64,000 bases of DNA, from assembly GCA_907165135.1 (NCBI GenBank), contig OU015568.1, forward strand, positions 10,354,001-10,418,000, in the 5' to 3' direction. The translations under genes were made by a program, and so were the position numbers. Source of the DNA: Oikopleura dioica. Lineage: Eukaryota; Animalia; Chordata. The notes beneath the pieces were generated by a model that saw only the letters and a program-made list of their open reading frames with translations, had not been told where the DNA came from and did not search any database. Of the stretch, positions 57,132 to 64,000 are shown piece by piece (within the stretch, counting starts at the first letter, position 1; each line of letters opens with the position of its first letter).

Positions 57132-60100
57132 CTAAGTTGATTCTGTGGCGGTGGCATCGAGGAACTGTTCGAGGATTTGGAACATCGAATGACGCGAGAA
57201 GCCGATAGCGTCTCGCTGCAACTTGCGAACCGTGAAGAGGCGGGTCCGCTTATCGACTTCTTTGAGTTTGAGCAACTCTTCGACAAATTTTACCTCGTTT
57301 TCTAAACGAAAATTTATAAAACATTTATTGACCGGAAATTATATGTTAGTGAATATATATCAGCGCTTATTTTACCTCTTCCCATGCGTCGGATGAGGAG
57401 GCGACAGAAGTTATAGACTTTTTCATCGTGTAGGGCTGCTGGTGCGACTGAGGCTCGTCTAGGACTTTTGGGCGGGTAATGTTCGCTTGCATGTCCATTC
57501 ACCATTCCGTTCTTCCTCTTCTGAGTCGTTTTTGCGAATCCATTACTTTCGTGGAACCCGTTTTTCAATGGATGGATACCCTCTTCGTCCGAAAGCTCGC
57601 CGTTGACAGAGGAAGAGTCGGACATTTCGGAGTCAGAATGGAGACCAGAATCGTAGGACTTACCACGATTTCTAAAAAGGCTATTATCTCTGTACATGCT
57701 CGCCGTGAATACCTAAAAGAGAGGTTGCGTTTGCGTCTTCTCTTGGTATGTTCATCCTTTCCCCTACTGCTACGTTTTCTCATTGAGCCAGTGCCTTCGT
57801 TAAAATCGAGACCGTCAACGTCAATGAGTCCATTCTTCGGCTAAAAAGACCGGGTGAAGATTGATACTCCCTAAATAACAAAATTTACCTTGAATGGATT
57901 TCCGAATCCATGAAGCTTTTTGGAAGCGGAATCTTCCTCAAATGGATCACGCAGAGTGTGCTTCGTGCGTTTTTTCTCGTATTCCTGGAAGTTGCCCATA
58001 TTGGCTTGTGGAATTTCATGGAGAATGGCTTCGTGATGCAGGGGAAGGCCACCCATCAGACACTGCTTGAACGCTGCGCGCATTCGTTCTAATTGATTGA
58101 AGATGTCGTTCTTATCTACGTCGAACGGTTCCTAAACAAAATATGAGCTTTGATTAGTGATAAGAGATCAATACCAGAAGCGGTTGCTTAGGACCCGTTT
58201 TTGCCTTTTCGACAAGGCAGAAGTTCGCGAATTCTGGATTTTCTTTCTCAAGACCGAAGTTGAGTTCTTTCAATGGAATCATTTTGCCACTGTTGACTGC
58301 GATTCGTTCTCGGTACTGACGTAGATTTTCGATGACTTCTTCGACTTTGCTCCGCAGCTAAAAATAGGTTTGTAAGTTCCGGCAAAGGAAGTCACGACTT
58401 ACTTGCGATTTGATCTTTTTCAGTTTTGAATCGACCTGATGTGGCAGCTTGAGATCAAAACCTTCTGGGATGAGTCCAGGGGGCGCACCAACGGCTTGGA
58501 GTGATTTGCTAGAATTTTAATTGAGTAAATAGATGGATGGCAAGGAAAGGGTACCGTAAGTGAGGAGTGTAGTATCTTGGAATTTCTTTTAAGTATTGCT
58601 CCCATTGTTTCTTCCATAGCTGGCTTGGATTCATTTTCGACTGGAAAAGCTCGTCAATAAGGGTCAGGGCGGATTCATAATCATAAGGGTGAAGAAACAG
58701 GTGAACGACTTCGTTTGAAGAGTTGGGCTTGAGATATCCGATGGGCCGCTCCATTCCGGGAATGGAGCCCGAGTTTTCAACAAAAACTTGCCAAGCGCTA
58801 TCGGGTCGATTCCGAGCGAGCATTGCGTCGACGAGAGGTCCTTTTTGGAGTTCTAGTTTATCGAATGCAAAGTTCGGGAGACACTAGAGTAGTTGATTAG
58901 GATTATTTTCGATTGGAGCTCGCTTACCCGGAATTTAACATCTCTTGTATTGAACTTTATTACGGGCTGTGCGGAGCGAGGCGGAAGCTTTTCTGCATCA
59001 GGGTCAGGAAAGTAGGATTCAGGAATAGGCCAAAAACCAAGGAAACTACCAGTCGTGTATTTTGTGCGCACGTAGACGATCTGCTGCGTCTTGTGCCACT
59101 TCTGGCCAGATTCTGGGCCATTGGAGAGTTCTGGTCGGCTGTTGGATCGATCGTGGATCTTTTCGAAGTTCATCACGATGCCGGCTCGGTCGGATGTTTG
59201 AAGATCGCCGTTGATTGCTTGAAGAGTTTCCATAACGGCGTTCGGGTGGCTGACTGAATAAATTATTAATTTATGTGAAATCGGGCAGTGGAATTTGCGG
59301 AATTAAAAAATAGAGGTAGGAAATTATCATAGTTCTATGAGGATAAGATACAAAAGAGGAGAAGAGGAGTGCCCAAGGTGTAAGATTGACTTCAGCTATT
59401 ATCCCTGTTTATTGCGGAGGATTTACCTTGATAGCTTTTTCCTCCAGTGACGTCGCACAAGCCAGCCAGCGGGTCAATCCCGTGGGCAACGCGTTCATCC
59501 GAGCGATCAACCTGGTCGCCGCTGCCGTGCCCGTCCAACCTCAAACAGAGGGAATAGACACGCTGATCCCATCTAAACGGCTCTGTTATAAGGGCTGAGC
59601 CAGGTAATGACGAACCAGGAAGCTCGAGCTCGCTGCGCGTCGAGCTCTTAGCTGTCAAGATTCCACCATCGCTGAGGACGATGACGGCCGAGGGCCGAAT
59701 CGACCAAGGTTGCCGCCCGCGTCCAATCGAGTCCAGCTCTGAAAATCGCCGATTGAAATCAAGGAAGAGAATGGATGAATATCTCTTACCGTGGTCGTAT
59801 CTTTCCATGTTGAGGATATCAAAGGCGGTCTGGATCGAGTGGCCCAAATCGGACTGATCATCAGCTTGAAGGTTGTGCAGCTCGCGCCAGAAGATTGTCG
59901 GTGAGTCTTTCGGTCCAACCTGTGAATTGATCGATTAGTGTTTCATTCTGAGACTCATAGAATGCGAGTCAGTCTTTCGATACTTGATCATGCGGTACTT
60001 GTTTTACGAAGCGTAATTGTTGTAATCTCAAAGCACTCACGTCAACCCGCGTCGCGAATCTCCCTCTGCGCGGATTGGCCGCCCGCGGAAAGACTCTTTT

Positions 60101-61017
60101 CATGATGAAAAAATAAACTGTCCCACGTCACAGCTACACTCGCACACTAACACTGTAATTATACGAGTATCCTTTGCTTGGAGATAATAGTCCAACAACC
60201 ACATGACAAGTACAGCTCCAGATCAAATAAATTGGGGGAATATATATTTTTATACATGATGGTTTTCTCTCTGTTTTAGCTTACCCTGATTGTTTGTTCT
60301 CGGCAAGTAGTAAGCAGGAGGTATTGGTCAGTTCTCGCAGAGGGTTCCTTAGCGCGGACCTAAATGACAAAAGCCGTAATTCAAGTTTCGACTATCCATA
60401 TCGACCGTCAACAAACATCAACCGAGGCAAACTTTCCAACTCAAAAGAACGAACTGTCCAACAAGGAAATGCTCCTTTACGGACGAAAGACGAAGAGTGA
60501 CCCTCTGCGAGAGAGCTTAGAGGTCAACAGAGGTCACAAACAACAGTAGAGGCGAGGAAGAGATCCGACGTGAAAACGGGGATGAGAGGAAGAGGCCTTT
60601 TAACCTATCCAGGCTGCTATGCAAAGGAGGGCGCTCCGTATGACAAAATCGCGGCGCACGTGAGTGAAAATATAATCCACGCGACGCAAAAAAAGCCGTC
60701 GATTCTAGCGCTCTTTCTTTTTTAATTCTCGACGGTACTGTTCTGTGACTGTATTAACCCCGTTTTGCTCTCTGAAGAAGGTCCCCTTTTTATGTCTCTT
60801 CTGGGCTGTCTTAGAGCTTTGATTCTTTGAGAAATTGGAAAATAAGTCCTCGGCGTAATTGATGATGATCGAAATTTTAAATTAATGTGGGTCGTTTTCT
60901 TACTTTTTTGAGAAAATTATCGATGGCCGTCTTTGCCAAGTCGATGACCCGTTGACCTTGAGCAGTTCTACGGTTCATCGAGGCCGAGGTATCGAGCACG
61001 AAGCAAAGGACCGGCAT
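57132..61017 (-). CDS. INTS6: Integrator complex subunit 6
   Basis: MPVLCFVLDTSASMNRR (vWA), RAKEPSARTDQYLLLT, EPFRWDQR, TGGKSY, WPIPES, WQVFV...GYLK, and a C-terminal INTS6 domain. Confidence 0.93.
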
Positions 61018-61979
61018 TTTTTAGTTTTTTTAGAAATTTGGATTTTTTTGTTCGAAATTTTTCTACTAAAAATTACGACATCGTCAATGGGCGCGCGGGA
61101 GGAAAAATTTTTTTGAAGTGAAAAGTGAAAAAAGAGAGATCGCCCGACATAAGACGACGCCCGAAAAGAATGAAATGCTTTCAAAATCGACCCTCGCACG
61201 TTTATAAGCAAAATTGGAGGCGTAGGCGGTTTTTGATAGCCAATCCGCTCGTGACCTACTTGGTTCGATCCTTTCTGAATTACCACACTGGGCTACTAGA
61301 CTGAAAACGAAGCTACAGCATCGCGGTCTGGTGCAAACGGACCATCACAAAAGCTGACCTTGAATAAAACGCGAATTTCTTTCCTTCAGAATCTCGTTTT
61401 TAGACAAATTCTATTGCCTGTATTTGACTTTAGTAATTTATGTTTGCTCTTACGTCTCAACTTATTAATTAAAAAATATTTGAATGAGAGGGAAATTTAA
61501 GGTTTTTTAATTGAAAAATGAAGCAATAACTTAATCCTTAACTTCAAAATCAAAATCTGTGATCTTCGAATTCTCCAGCAGAATTCAGCATCGCAAAAAC
61601 AATTCGCTGTATTGAAATAACAACACGTAATTTTCGGATAACCTACAAAGCCGTCTATAATTACTGATCCTCAAGAGACGGTGAATGTCTCCTCTCTCTT
61701 TCCGAGAGTAGTAATTTTAATTGTCGACGAGGTTGTATGGCTATCTTCATAAATATACTTCAGTGTTTTGTATTTTTTCATTCCCTTAGTATACCAGTAA
61801 TTCACCTAGATTAAAATACAGAACATTGGATTTTTTCAAAATGCGCGGCCGAGTTGAGTGGCTAAATTTTAGCAGCTTTAGGTCTATTCATTAGGACACT
61901 CGCTCAGGCAGGGCACGCATTAGTAGCGGTTTAACTTATTTCAGGACAGTAAAAGGTTTTTTTTCGTTCGGTAAATTGC

Positions 61980-64000
<2,021 letters not shown>

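Noticed and set aside
61500-61900. Possible Cys-rich small minus-strand gene between KARS and INTS6
   Set aside because: Fragments in different frames, with no start codon established.

Overview
This is compact, intron-rich animal nuclear DNA. It has mostly 40-60 nt introns, several apparent GA-AG/GG-AG introns, and co-oriented gene runs with an unpaired AG just before many ATGs. That architecture fits the larvacean tunicate Oikopleura dioica (inference; no database search was run). Plus strand 0.7-23.4 kb is a probable operon-like run: NFYA, TVP23, C12orf57-like, DDX49, two small mitochondrial-type membrane proteins, DLAT, PKA-RI, CMSS1, a double-HTH protein, SCLT1, STARD7-like, ALDH2, BRK1. 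Two antisense genes are nested in introns of that run. Next come a minus-strand BEN-domain gene, a ~9 kb gene-poor region holding a complete 1036-bp non-autonomous hAT-type element, and an atypical aquaglyceroporin. The rest holds secreted Cys-rich, EGF-Kelch and PLA2-like-vWA genes, PIFO-like, an RG-rich/MATH-like gene, an atypical GATA factor, MAB21, INTS6 and the 3' part of KARS. The most striking items are a 5S-rRNA-like RNA with compensatory base changes inside a GA-AG intron, an intronless RRM+PAM2 gene nested antisense in SCLT1, an aquaglyceroporin with NPS/NAA motifs and a G-G-G-R filter, a GATA finger with a 38-residue loop, and an NFYA start codon split by an intron. All gene models were spliced by hand and family calls rest on recalled motifs.
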